A stretch of 64,000 nt of DNA from an uncultured delta proteobacterium. GTDB lineage: Bacteria > Desulfobacterota > RBG-13-43-22. The stretch spans positions 608,001 through 672,000 of the forward strand of contig CAWJJC010000028.1 of NCBI GenBank assembly GCA_963843145.1. The letters run 5' to 3'. This document shows, one piece after another, positions 30,146 to 39,731 of this stretch; position 1 is the first letter of the stretch, and each line of letters starts with the position of its first letter. The notes under the pieces were generated by a model. It worked only from the letters and a program-made list of their open reading frames with translations. It searched no databases and was not told where the DNA came from. The position numbers and the translations under genes were made by a program.

Positions 30146-31291
30146 ATGGATTTCTCTTTCACCGCGGAGCAGCTTCTTTTCAAGGAACAGGTGCTGAAAT
30201 TCGCTCGGAAAGAGATTGTTCCCCGCTGTCAGGAACACGACTTGAAAGGGGAATTCGATTACCAGTCTTTTCGCAAGTTAGGCGAGTTCGGCATCTTGGG
30301 ACTGCATTTCCCGGAGGAACTGGGTGGCAGCGGCGCTGATGTGGTTACCTCGGCCTTAGCCGCCGAGGCGCTGGGCGAGGCCGGGGTGGATGGAGGGCTC
30401 ACCCTTTCCTATGGCGCCCATACTTATTTGTGCGCCGACACCATCTTTACCCACGGCACGGAGGAACAACGCCGGAAATATGTCCCCAGGCTGGCCGGCG
30501 GGGAATGGATCGGCTGCATGGGCCTGACCGAACCGGGGGCCGGTTCGGATGTCACGGCCTTATCCACCAGGGCCTTGCGGGACGGGGACCGATATATCCT
30601 GAACGGTTCGAAGATGTTTATCACCAACGGACCTATCGCCGATGTGGCCGTGATTTATGCCCGGACCTCCTCCGCGGGGGAACGGCACGAGGGGATCTCG
30701 GCCTTCATTGTTGAAAAGGGGACCCCGGGCTTCTCCGCCGGAAAAAAACTGAATAAAATGGGAGTCCGAAGTTCTTATACCTCCGCGTTGTATTTCGAAG
30801 ATTGCGCTGTTCCAACAGAAAATCTTTTGGGCCAGGAAGGAATGGGATTCCTGATGGCCATGCAGACCGTGGAGTGGGACCGGAGCACCCTGATGGCCCC
30901 CTTTATTGGGGGCTTAAGCTTCATCCTGGAAAAGTCATGCCGCTACAGTCGGGAACGGGTCCAGTTCGGTCGGCCCATCGCCGAGTTCCAGGCGGTCAAA
31001 CATAAAATCGCCGACATCCGGATCTTCCTGGAGGCGGCCCGCGCCTTGGTGTACCGTATTGCCTGGTGCAAGGACCAGGGCCGACCCTTGAACCATCTGG
31101 AGGCGGCGGTGGCCAAGCTCTTCGTGGGCGACTGGAGCCTGGTCCCGACCAATAACGCCGTCATTATCCACGGAGGCTACGGCTACTGCCACGAATATGA
31201 CGTGGAGCGGACTTTCCGGGACAGCCGCCTGGCGCCGATCGGCGGCGGGACCTCCGAAGTCCAGAAGATGATTATCTCCCGTTTGATGTGA
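30146..31291 (+). CDS. Acyl-CoA dehydrogenase (isovaleryl-CoA DH-like)
   Basis: LTEPGAGSD, NGSKMFITNG, RVQFGRPI, HGGYGY, IGGGTSE. Confidence 0.93.
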   Translation: MDFSFTAEQLLFKEQVLKFARKEIVPRCQEHDLKGEFDYQSFRKLGEFGILGLHFPEELGGSGADVVTSALAAEALGEAGVDGGLTLSYGAHTYLCADTIFTHGTEEQRRKYVPRLAGGEWIGCMGLTEPGAGSDVTALSTRALRDGDRYILNGSKMFITNGPIADVAVIYARTSSAGERHEGISAFIVEKGTPGFSAGKKLNKMGVRSSYTSALYFEDCAVPTENLLGQEGMGFLMAMQTVEWDRSTLMAPFIGGLSFILEKSCRYSRERVQFGRPIAEFQAVKHKIADIRIFLEAARALVYRIAWCKDQGRPLNHLEAAVAKLFVGDWSLVPTNNAVIIHGGYGYCHEYDVERTFRDSRLAPIGGGTSEVQKMIISRLM

Positions 31292-32457
31292 CCAGGAGAA
31301 GACCGATGAATTTTGATTTGGATGAGCGTCAAAATCAAATCCGGAAGGCGTTGCGGAGTCTCTTGACCGAGGAAGCCGAATTGACCGGTGACTTCGACAG
31401 CCAAAACCTGACGGGCCTTTCCCAGGCCTACCGGCATCTTCTGAAAATGCTGGCCGGCAGCGGCTATCTGGAAATCGGACTGACCCCCGAGCCGGCCGGC
31501 CGCTCGCCTTATGCCGACCTGAGTACCGCAGTGCTGGCCGGTGAACCCTTCGCCGAGGTCTTCCCCGATATCTATCTGGGGATTGAGATCAGCAGTCGGG
31601 TCGTGGGCGGATTGCTAGCCCGGTACGGCAGCGATGTCCTCAAAGACCGCTATCTGGCACCGCTGCTCAAGGGGGAACTCCTGGGGACTGTAGCCCTGAG
31701 CGAATCGTTGAGCAACTTTCCTTCGGCAAAAATAACTACTCAGGCCGTAATGCGGGGGGAGGACTTCCTGCTCAACGGGACCAGGAAAGGGGTCATTAAC
31801 GGTTCTCTGGCCGACCTCATCATCGTTCCGGCCTTGCTGGGTGAGCAAACCGCCCTGTTAATTATTCCGTCTTCCCAAGAGGGGCTGGCCGTCTCGGATC
31901 CCTGCTCGGCCCTGGGCTATAGGCGCATTGCCTTTTCCGACCTGGCGTTCCGGAATTGCAGCGTGTCCAAGGAAGAATGTATCGGTCTATTTGAGAGCCA
32001 GGCCATCCGGTCCGAACTTCAAGTCAAAATCAACCTGGCCATTACCGTTTCCTCCCTGGGGGTCATGCACCAGGCTTTGTACAGGGCCAAGGAATATGGC
32101 GCGGACGCTGAGGAGGGGGAAAAGCCGCCTCTGGCCTATCAGGAAATTCGGTACCGGCTGGCGGAGATGTTCGCCCTTTACCAGACCGCGCAGCTTCTGG
32201 CCTATCGCGCGGCCTGGATGCTGGAGCAGGGGATAGCTGAGGCGAATACGGTAGTGGATTCCGCCAAGGTGTTTATCACCGAAGCGGCCGAGGAGGTGAC
32301 CCGCGGGGCCATGCAGATCGCGTCCCTGGACGGTTACCTGGGGAGCAATACCCTGGAAGCGGGTTTTCGGGATGCCCGCTTCGGCCCGGTGGCCGGAGAA
32401 TCCTCGGAAGTGCTGCGGATGCGGATTGCAAATGATTGTTTGAGGAAATATGCGTGA
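31288..32457 (+). CDS. Divergent acyl-CoA dehydrogenase-fold protein (possible non-catalytic partner subunit)
   Basis: ACAD-like layout, but TEPxAGSD, RxQFG and GGxG motifs are degenerate; overlaps the previous gene by 4 nt. Confidence 0.8.
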   Translation: MTRRRPMNFDLDERQNQIRKALRSLLTEEAELTGDFDSQNLTGLSQAYRHLLKMLAGSGYLEIGLTPEPAGRSPYADLSTAVLAGEPFAEVFPDIYLGIEISSRVVGGLLARYGSDVLKDRYLAPLLKGELLGTVALSESLSNFPSAKITTQAVMRGEDFLLNGTRKGVINGSLADLIIVPALLGEQTALLIIPSSQEGLAVSDPCSALGYRRIAFSDLAFRNCSVSKEECIGLFESQAIRSELQVKINLAITVSSLGVMHQALYRAKEYGADAEEGEKPPLAYQEIRYRLAEMFALYQTAQLLAYRAAWMLEQGIAEANTVVDSAKVFITEAAEEVTRGAMQIASLDGYLGSNTLEAGFRDARFGPVAGESSEVLRMRIANDCLRKYA

Positions 32458-32500
32458 AAAAATGAAACCAACCACCGTTCTCGGGCGTATGCTTTTCGTT

Positions 32501-32579
32501 GTCATCCCGGACTCGATCCGGGATCCAGAAAACTCGAAAATCCCGCAGGCCTGGATTCCGGCTTTCGCCGGAATGACGG
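32501..32579. repeat. GTCAT-type REP
   Basis: GTCATCCCGGACTCGATCCGGGATCCAG..CTGGATTCCGGCTTTCGCCGGAATGACG. Confidence 0.8.
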
Positions 32580-32628
32580 CTCTACGGCCGGCACCAGTTA
32601 TTCGATATTGATAAGGGTTCATTAGAAA

Positions 32629-34245
32629 ATGGAAGTCATCGAAACCAGAATAGATAAGAATTCTACCGAATTCCGGGAAAACGATGAGCACAACCGGAGC
32701 TTGGTGGCCAGACTCCAGGAAGCCCTGCGCCAGGCTCGGGAAGAGCGCTCGGAAAAGGCCCTGGTCCGAATGCGTGAGCAGGGAAAGCTTTCGGTCCGGG
32801 AACGGCTGGATCTATTATTGGATAAGAATACCCCTTTTCTGGAGATCGCCCCACTGGCCGCTTTTGATATGTATGATAAGAAAGTGCACGCGGCCGGGAT
32901 CATCGCCGGGATCGGAGTGGTGGAAGGACGGGAAGTGCTGGTCCATGCCAATGATTCCCTGATCAAAGGCGGGACCATTTATCCCCTGGGGGTCAAGAAG
33001 GGCCTGCGGATCCAGACCATCTGTATGGAAAACCGTTTGCCGGTGGTCAACCTGGTGGACTCCGGCGGGGCCTACCTGCCTCTGCAATCGGAAATTTTTC
33101 CCGATGCCGACGACGGCGGCCGGATTTTCTACAACCAGGCGATCATCTCCAAGATGGGCATTCCCCAGATCTGCGGGGTCATGGGCCTCTGCACAGCCGG
33201 GGCGGCTTACATTCCGGCTATGAGCGATGAGGTGGTCCAGGTCAAAGGAACCGGAGCCATTTTTTTGGGCGGCCCGCCGTTGGTGCTGGCGGCCACCGGG
33301 GAGGAAGTAACGGCCGACGAACTGGGCGGGGCCAATGTCCATTGCCGCCAGTCCGGGGTCTCCGACTATTTTGCCGAGGACGACGCCCACTGCATCGATT
33401 TGATTCGACAGATCGTCAAGAACCTGCCTCCGGCACAAAAAGCGGAGGTCGGGCAGCGGGCGGCGCGGCCCCCGGTCTATGAGCCGAAAGAGTTGTACGG
33501 GATCATTCCCCAGCGGATCAGTACCCCTTATGACGTAAGAGAGGTCATCGCCCGGATGGTGGACGGAAGCGAATTCCTGGAATTCAAGGCCTTGTACGGG
33601 CCGACCCTGGTCTGCGGCTGGGCCTACATCCATGGCTACCCCGTAGGCATCCTCGGCAATAACGGTATTCTTTTTTCCGACAGCGCTCTCAAGGCCACCC
33701 AATTCATCCAGCTTTGCGATAAAAGGGGAATTCCCTTGCTGTTTTTGCAGAACATCGCCGGGTATATCATCGGAAAAGAATACGAACGGATCGGCATCAC
33801 CAAGGACGGGCATAAGATGGTCAACGCCGTAGCCACGGCCACGGTGCCCAAGTTCACGGTAATCCTCGGGGCTTCCTTCGGGGCCGGCAATTACGGCATG
33901 TGCGGCCGGGCCTATTCGCCGCGTTTTTTATGGATGTGGCCGAACGCCCAGATCGGGGTTATGGGCGGAGAACAGGCCGCCGATGTACTGATCACCGTCA
34001 AGAACGACCAGTTGGCCCGGGAAGGGCAGCCGCCCCTGCCGGAGGAAATGGTGGGGCAGATCCGCGGGCCGATCATCGCCTCGGCCTTTCGGGAAGGCAA
34101 CGCCTACTACTCCACGTCCAACCTTTGGGACGACGGAATCCTGGATCCGGCCAAGACCCGGGACGTGCTGGGGCTGGCCATCTCGGCCGCCCTGAATGCC
34201 CCGATTCGCAGTGGGGCCTATGGGTACGGCACTTTTCGGATGTAA
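32629..34245 (+). CDS. Acyl-CoA carboxylase carboxyltransferase subunit (MCC/geranyl-CoA carboxylase beta-like)
   Basis: LVDSGGAYLP, CTAGAAY, SFGAGNYGMCGRAY, WDDGILDP. Confidence 0.94.
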   Translation: MEVIETRIDKNSTEFRENDEHNRSLVARLQEALRQAREERSEKALVRMREQGKLSVRERLDLLLDKNTPFLEIAPLAAFDMYDKKVHAAGIIAGIGVVEGREVLVHANDSLIKGGTIYPLGVKKGLRIQTICMENRLPVVNLVDSGGAYLPLQSEIFPDADDGGRIFYNQAIISKMGIPQICGVMGLCTAGAAYIPAMSDEVVQVKGTGAIFLGGPPLVLAATGEEVTADELGGANVHCRQSGVSDYFAEDDAHCIDLIRQIVKNLPPAQKAEVGQRAARPPVYEPKELYGIIPQRISTPYDVREVIARMVDGSEFLEFKALYGPTLVCGWAYIHGYPVGILGNNGILFSDSALKATQFIQLCDKRGIPLLFLQNIAGYIIGKEYERIGITKDGHKMVNAVATATVPKFTVILGASFGAGNYGMCGRAYSPRFLWMWPNAQIGVMGGEQAADVLITVKNDQLAREGQPPLPEEMVGQIRGPIIASAFREGNAYYSTSNLWDDGILDPAKTRDVLGLAISAALNAPIRSGAYGYGTFRM

Positions 34246-34283
34246 AGCTGGGAGGCGTAATGCTCCACTGCCTAGGAAAAGGT

Positions 34284-34372
34284 CGTCATTCCGGACAAGC
34301 GAAGCGGGATCCGGAATCCAGGGCCGTTGGGGCTTCAAATGCCCTGGATCCCGGATCGAGTCCGGGATGACG
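34284..34372. repeat. GTCAT-type REP
   Basis: CGTCATTCCGGA..TCCGGAATCCAG..CTGGATCCCGG..CCGGGATGACG. Confidence 0.8.
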
Positions 34373-34407
34373 GCAAAGACAAATGCCTAAAAAAGGTATG
34401 CAAGGGT

Positions 34408-35896
34408 ATGTTTAAGAAAGTTCTTAATCGCCAATCGCGGGGAAATCGCCGTCCGGATTATCCGCACCTGCCGGGAAATGGGCATCCAAACCGTAGGGGT
34501 TTATTCCGAGGCGGATAAAACGGCCCTCCACGTCCTGGAGGCCGAAGAGGCTGTCGGTCTGGGCTCGGCCGAGCCGATCCTGAGCTACCTGAACATCGAT
34601 CGCCTGCTGGAGGCCGCCCGGCAAACGGGGGCCGAGGCAATTCATCCCGGATACGGCTTTCTAGCTGAAAATCCGGAATTCGCCGAACGCTGTCAGCAAG
34701 CGAACATCGTTTTTATCGGCCCTCCGGCCAGGGCCATCCGTGACTTGGGCAGCAAGACGACGGCCCGAACTATTATGCTTCAGACCGGGGTGCCGGTTAT
34801 ACCCGGCCTGAACCAGACTTCCGTGGACCTGGAGGTCTTTTCCCGGGAGGCCGAGCGATTGGAGTATCCGGTCATTATCAAGGCCGCCGCCGGTGGAGGA
34901 GGCAAGGGGATGCGGACCGTCTACGATCCGGGCGATTTGGCGGAGGCCTTTCAATCTTGTCAAAGCGAAGCGGAAAAGGCTTTCGGAGACGGGTCCCTTT
35001 ATCTGGAGAAACATTTGGAAGGGCCGCGGCACGTGGAGTTTCAGGTCCTGGCCGACTCCTTCGGGAACGTAGTACATCTTTTTGAGCGGGAATGTTCCAT
35101 CCAGCGGCGTCACCAGAAGATCATTGAAGAAACCCCCTCGCCGGCGTTGACGCCGGACCTCCGACGGCAAATGGGGCAGGCGGCGGTGGCTGCCGCCCGG
35201 GCCTCGGGGTACGTCAATGCGGGCACCGTAGAATTCCTACTGGACCGGGAGGGGCGTTTCTACTTTCTGGAAGTGAACACCCGGTTGCAGGTGGAGCACC
35301 CCATTACCGAGGTCACGACCGGCCTCGATCTGGTCCGCTGCCAATTGGAAATCGCCGCCGGGCAGGCCCTGTCTTTCCGGCAGGAAGAGATCCAGCCCAG
35401 GGGCCATGCCATCGAATGCCGGATCTATGCCGAAAACCCGGAGGCCCAATTCTTCCCTTCTCCCGGGAAGATCCTCTATCTTCGGGAACCATCCGGACCC
35501 GGAATCCGGATGGACAGCGGGATCCGGGCCGGGTTCGACGTGCCGATGGAATACGACCCCATATTAGCTAAACTGATCGTCTATGCCGAAAACCGGGAGG
35601 CGGCCCGGAAGCGGATGATCCGGGCACTGGAAAATACCGTTATCCTGGGAATCCAGACCACGATCCCCTTTCTCCTGGAGGTATTTAAAACCACGGAATT
35701 CAAGGAAGGGCGGACCCGGACCGATTTCATCGACCGTCATTTTGAGGGCTGGAAGCCGGATCGGGGGAAAGCCGACCTGGCCAGGATAGCCTTTGCGGTC
35801 CATGACCGGTCCCCGAGGGAAAGCCCGGCCGGAGAAAAACCCTTGGCGCCGGACAGAAGGAGTCCCTGGCAGACTCTGGGGGAATGGAGACTCTAG
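34408..35896 (+). CDS. Biotin carboxylase subunit; +1 frameshift near 34426
   Basis: MFKKVL/IANRGEIA split across frames; HPGYGFLAEN, GGGGKGMR, RECSIQRRHQK, NTRLQVEH. Confidence 0.93.
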
Positions 35897-35897
35897 A

Positions 35898-36411
35898 ATG
35901 TCCGGGCGCTGCGAATTAAAAATCGGAAATGAGACCAAAACGCTGGAGTGGCTGCCGGGGGAAGATCCGGATGGGGCTCGGATCCGAATTGGCGAAGCGG
36001 AATATATGGTTTTCTTTCAGGCCGTCGATGACCACCAGGTTCTGATGCAAGTGGACGGGCGGACGGTCCGGGCCTTCGTCGCCGGGGACGCGAACAGGAA
36101 ATATGTGTTTATTGAGGGCGAGGTCTTCGGGGTTGAGGAATTGGATCAGGCCCGGAAACGAAAAAAACGGGCGCGCCTGGATGAAAGTCCGGGAGAGGTG
36201 ACCCCCCCCATGCCCGCCGTGGTGGTCCGTATTCTGGTTCAAGATGGGGGAGGAGGTCGTCAAAGGACAGGGCTTGGTGGTGGTCTCGGCCATGAAGATG
36301 GAAACGACCCTGAAGGCCCCGTATAACGGCCTGGTGAAAAAAATAAATACCGCCTTGCAGGCCAAGGTCATGCCGGGAGAGCGATTAGTCGAGATCGAGG
36401 AAAGGGAGTAG
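35898..36411 (+). CDS. Biotin carboxyl carrier protein; +1 frameshift in a G-run near 36246
   Basis: VTPPMPAVVVRILVQDG, then next frame EEVVKGQGLVVVSAMKMETTLKAP (MKM biotinylation site). Confidence 0.88.
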
Positions 36412-36574
36412 TGACGGACGCGCCTTAAGCCCGTCAGCAGTCCGAGCGCGATTTAGCGCCGGTCTGGGGTGAGGGTGGGACCATTTGAATTCACTTCAAA
36501 TGGCGGGGGAGGGGAAGCCCTTCCCCGCCGAGCAGAAAGTCGTTTTTGGACTTTTTGCGAGGTTATCAATAATC

Positions 36575-37351
36575 ATGAGCGACGATCTCCTCTACGAAGT
36601 CAAAGATCAGACGGCCTTCCTGACCATCAACCGGGAAGACCGCCGAAACGCCATCAGCCAGGAAATGATCTCGATGTTTCACTCCTGCCTGGACCAGGCC
36701 GACCGGGATGAGACGGTTCGGGCTGTCTGTTTGACGGCTAAAGGAGACCGGGCCTTCTGTTCGGGGGCCGATCTAGGCCTCACCCTGGCCGGGGAAGGGG
36801 AAGACCGGTTGGCCGGGGCCAAGAATTATGCGGCTTTGATGAAAAAAATGTCTCGCTTCGGAAAGCCTTCCGTAGCCCGGGTAAACGGAGCCTGTCTGGC
36901 CGGCGGATTGGGGCTGATGCTTTCCTGCGATATCGCCATCGCCCGCCAGGACGTCTCCTTCTGGACCCCGGAGGTCAACGTCGGGATATTCCCCATGATG
37001 GTGGGCGCCCTGCTGATCCGACAGGTGGGCTGGAAAAAGATGATGGATATGGTTTTGACCGGGAGGAAGGTTCCGGCAACGGAAGCGGAGCGGATCGGCC
37101 TGATTTCCCGGGCGGTGGCGCCGGAGCGCCTGGATGAAGAGGTACAGGAGGTATTAAAGGGACTGACGGCCAAGAGCCCGATCGGGTTGCGGATCGGGAA
37201 AGAGGCCTTTCGGACCATGGCCGAGAAGCCCTTCGACGACGCGGTGGACTTTCTCTGCGAAGCGCTGGGCCGGGCCGTTTCCACGGAAGATGCGCTGGAA
37301 GGCATGATGGCCTTTATCGAAAAACGGGAACCGAATTTCAGGGGCCGCTGA
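36575..37351 (+). CDS. Enoyl-CoA hydratase/crotonase (methylglutaconyl-CoA hydratase-like)
   Basis: FCSGADL, AGGLGL, PEVNVG. Confidence 0.92.
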   Translation: MSDDLLYEVKDQTAFLTINREDRRNAISQEMISMFHSCLDQADRDETVRAVCLTAKGDRAFCSGADLGLTLAGEGEDRLAGAKNYAALMKKMSRFGKPSVARVNGACLAGGLGLMLSCDIAIARQDVSFWTPEVNVGIFPMMVGALLIRQVGWKKMMDMVLTGRKVPATEAERIGLISRAVAPERLDEEVQEVLKGLTAKSPIGLRIGKEAFRTMAEKPFDDAVDFLCEALGRAVSTEDALEGMMAFIEKREPNFRGR

Positions 37352-38164
37352 ATGAATTTTGAATTAGGCCGAGATTATGATAGTCTCCGGATTGGTGACC
37401 GGGCTTCCTTTTCCAAAACGATTACCGAGTCCGATGTCTATCTGTTTGCCGGGATCAGCGGGGATTTTAATCCGCTGCACGTGAATGAGGAATTTGCCAA
37501 ATTGACCCCTTTCCGGACCCGGATCGCCCACGGCGCCCTCCCTCAAAGTCTGATTGCCCCGGTGCTGGGAACTCAACTCCCCGGTTTGGGGACGGTCGCC
37601 GTTGAAATCACCACCCGGTTCAAACGGCCGACATTTTTTGGCGACACCATTACCGCTACGGCGGAAGTGGTGGAGAAAATCGAAGCCGGGAAACGGGTCC
37701 GACTGGTCCTGACCTGGACCAACCAAAAAGGAGAAGTGATTTCCGAGGGAGAGGCGGTGGTTATTCCACCTCCGCGGATGGAAGATTTGATTAGTAAACA
37801 TAATGAGTCAAAAACCAAGAAAGAGGAGGAAACAAAAATGGGTTTTACCAATGTGAAGGAAGTGTTTGCCAAAATGTCGGAGGCCTTTAACGCCAACGCC
37901 GCCCAGGGATTGAACGCGGTTTTTCAGTTCGATATCACCGGCGATGACGGTGGAAAGTGGAACGTGGCGGTCAAGGACGGGGCCTGCGCGGTCAATGAAG
38001 GGGCCAGCGATGCCCCCACCGTCACCCTGACCATGGCGGCGGATACCTGGCTGGCAATGGTCAATAAGGAGTTGAACGGCATGCAGGCCTTTATGAGCGG
38101 CAAGCTGAAGGCTACCGGGGACATCATGCTGGCCCAGCGGTTTGCCACCATTTTCCCGGTATAA
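37352..38164 (+). CDS. MaoC (R)-specific hydratase in frame with an SCP2 sterol-carrier domain
   Basis: SGDFNPLH, IAHG; C-part NGMQAFMSGKLKATGD; internal GGAGG+ATG at 37838. Confidence 0.85.
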   Translation: MNFELGRDYDSLRIGDRASFSKTITESDVYLFAGISGDFNPLHVNEEFAKLTPFRTRIAHGALPQSLIAPVLGTQLPGLGTVAVEITTRFKRPTFFGDTITATAEVVEKIEAGKRVRLVLTWTNQKGEVISEGEAVVIPPPRMEDLISKHNESKTKKEEETKMGFTNVKEVFAKMSEAFNANAAQGLNAVFQFDITGDDGGKWNVAVKDGACAVNEGASDAPTVTLTMAADTWLAMVNKELNGMQAFMSGKLKATGDIMLAQRFATIFPV

Positions 38165-38210
38165 GCAGCCGCCAAAGCGTATCATTTTAGCAGGGGAGGC
38201 TTCAGTTTTT

Positions 38211-38339
38211 CGTAGGGCAGGCGACCCCGCCTGCCGCCTGGGCGAGGGATAGGGTTCCCTCCACATCCAAGGTCAGGCTCAGGCGGAGGTGGTCAATTCC
38301 GGTTACGCCTAAGGCGTGACGGAGGTCGCCGTCCCTACA
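38211..38339. repeat. GTAG-type REP pair
   Basis: CGTAGGGCAGGCGACCCCGCCTGCC ... GACGGAGGTCGCCGTCCCTACA. Confidence 0.6.
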
Positions 38340-38460
38340 AAAGACTAACCGCATGATATTAATAATCAATAATCAATTGTTAATTATCAATTGATTATTG
38401 ATTATTGGCCAGGTTGCAGGTCAAAGAGGCTATTTACATACTAAGGAAGGCCGCCTTCCC

Positions 38461-39600
38461 ATGTCCTATCAGGAATATTTCGGGGAAACCCACCGCTTAG
38501 TGCGGCAAACGGTCCGAAAGTTCGTTGAGAGGGAGATTAACCCTTACGTCAACGAATGGGAAGAACAGGGGGAGTTCCCCCGGGAGTTGTACCGCCGGGC
38601 AGGAGAGGCCGGTATTTTAGGGATCGGCTATCCGGAAGCGTTCGGCGGGAGCGCAGGCGACTTATTTTTAAAGGTGGCTGCCATCGAGGAAATCGCCCGC
38701 TGCGGGTCCGGGGGGGTGGCGGCCGGTCTGGGTTCATTGGATATCGGGCTTCCACCAATACTCCGTTCCGGCCGGGAGAATCTGAAAAAACGTTTGATTC
38801 CGCCGATCCTGGCCGGAGAGAAAATTTGCGCTCTGGCCATTACCGAACCGAATGCCGGATCGGACGTGGGGGCCATCCGAACCCGGGCCGTTCAGGAAGG
38901 GAAGCTGTACCGGGTGAACGGCCGGAAGACCTTTATCACCAGCGGGGCTCGGGCCGATGTCTTGACCTGCGCGGTCCGGACCGGCGGTCCCGGACCCCAT
39001 GGGGTCAGCCTCCTGGTGGTCGAAACCGATACCCCGGGGTTCGAGGTGACTCGGGTCTTAAAAAAGATGGGCTGGTGGGCCTCGGATACGGCCGAGCTGG
39101 TTTTTGAGGATTGCCTGGTGCCGGTGGAAAACTTGCTGGGGGAGGAAGGCCAGGGCTTTTACGGGATCATGGCCAACTTCCAGATGGAACGCCTGCAACT
39201 GGCCCTCCTGGCCAACATGACCGCCCAACTGGCCCTGGAGGAATCGTTAAAGTATGTGAAACAACGGGAGGCCTTCGGCCGGCCCCTGGAAGGCTTTCAG
39301 GTGACCCGCCACAAGCTGGTGGATATGGCCACCTTGATCGAGGCCAGCCGTGAATTCACCTACCGCGTGGCGGCTAAAATCGAGGCCGGGTTGAACCCGG
39401 TCAAGGAAATTTCCATGGCCAAAAATTTTTCCTGTCAGGTCAGCGACCGGGTCACCTATGACGCGGTTCAGATTCACGGGGGCTATGGATATATGCGGGA
39501 ATACCTGGTGGAGCGATTGTACCGGGATAACCGGATCCTGTCCATCGGCGGTGGGACCCAGGAGATTATGAAAGAAATTATCGGCAAGCTGATGTTTTGA
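38461..39600 (+). CDS. Acyl-CoA dehydrogenase (citronellyl-CoA/long-chain DH-like)
   Basis: ITEPNAGSD, KMGWWASDTAEL, NFQMERL, IGGGTQE. Confidence 0.93.
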   Translation: MSYQEYFGETHRLVRQTVRKFVEREINPYVNEWEEQGEFPRELYRRAGEAGILGIGYPEAFGGSAGDLFLKVAAIEEIARCGSGGVAAGLGSLDIGLPPILRSGRENLKKRLIPPILAGEKICALAITEPNAGSDVGAIRTRAVQEGKLYRVNGRKTFITSGARADVLTCAVRTGGPGPHGVSLLVVETDTPGFEVTRVLKKMGWWASDTAELVFEDCLVPVENLLGEEGQGFYGIMANFQMERLQLALLANMTAQLALEESLKYVKQREAFGRPLEGFQVTRHKLVDMATLIEASREFTYRVAAKIEAGLNPVKEISMAKNFSCQVSDRVTYDAVQIHGGYGYMREYLVERLYRDNRILSIGGGTQEIMKEIIGKLMF

Positions 39601-39731
39601 AGCGGGACGTACTCGGTTGGGGTTACGCCTCGAGCAGAGGAGGGAAAATCCCGGCCATCAAAAATATAGACATAGAGGATTTAAAATAAGGATTCTTTTA
39701 GGATCTACTAAAAAATGAAGGAGAAAGAACC

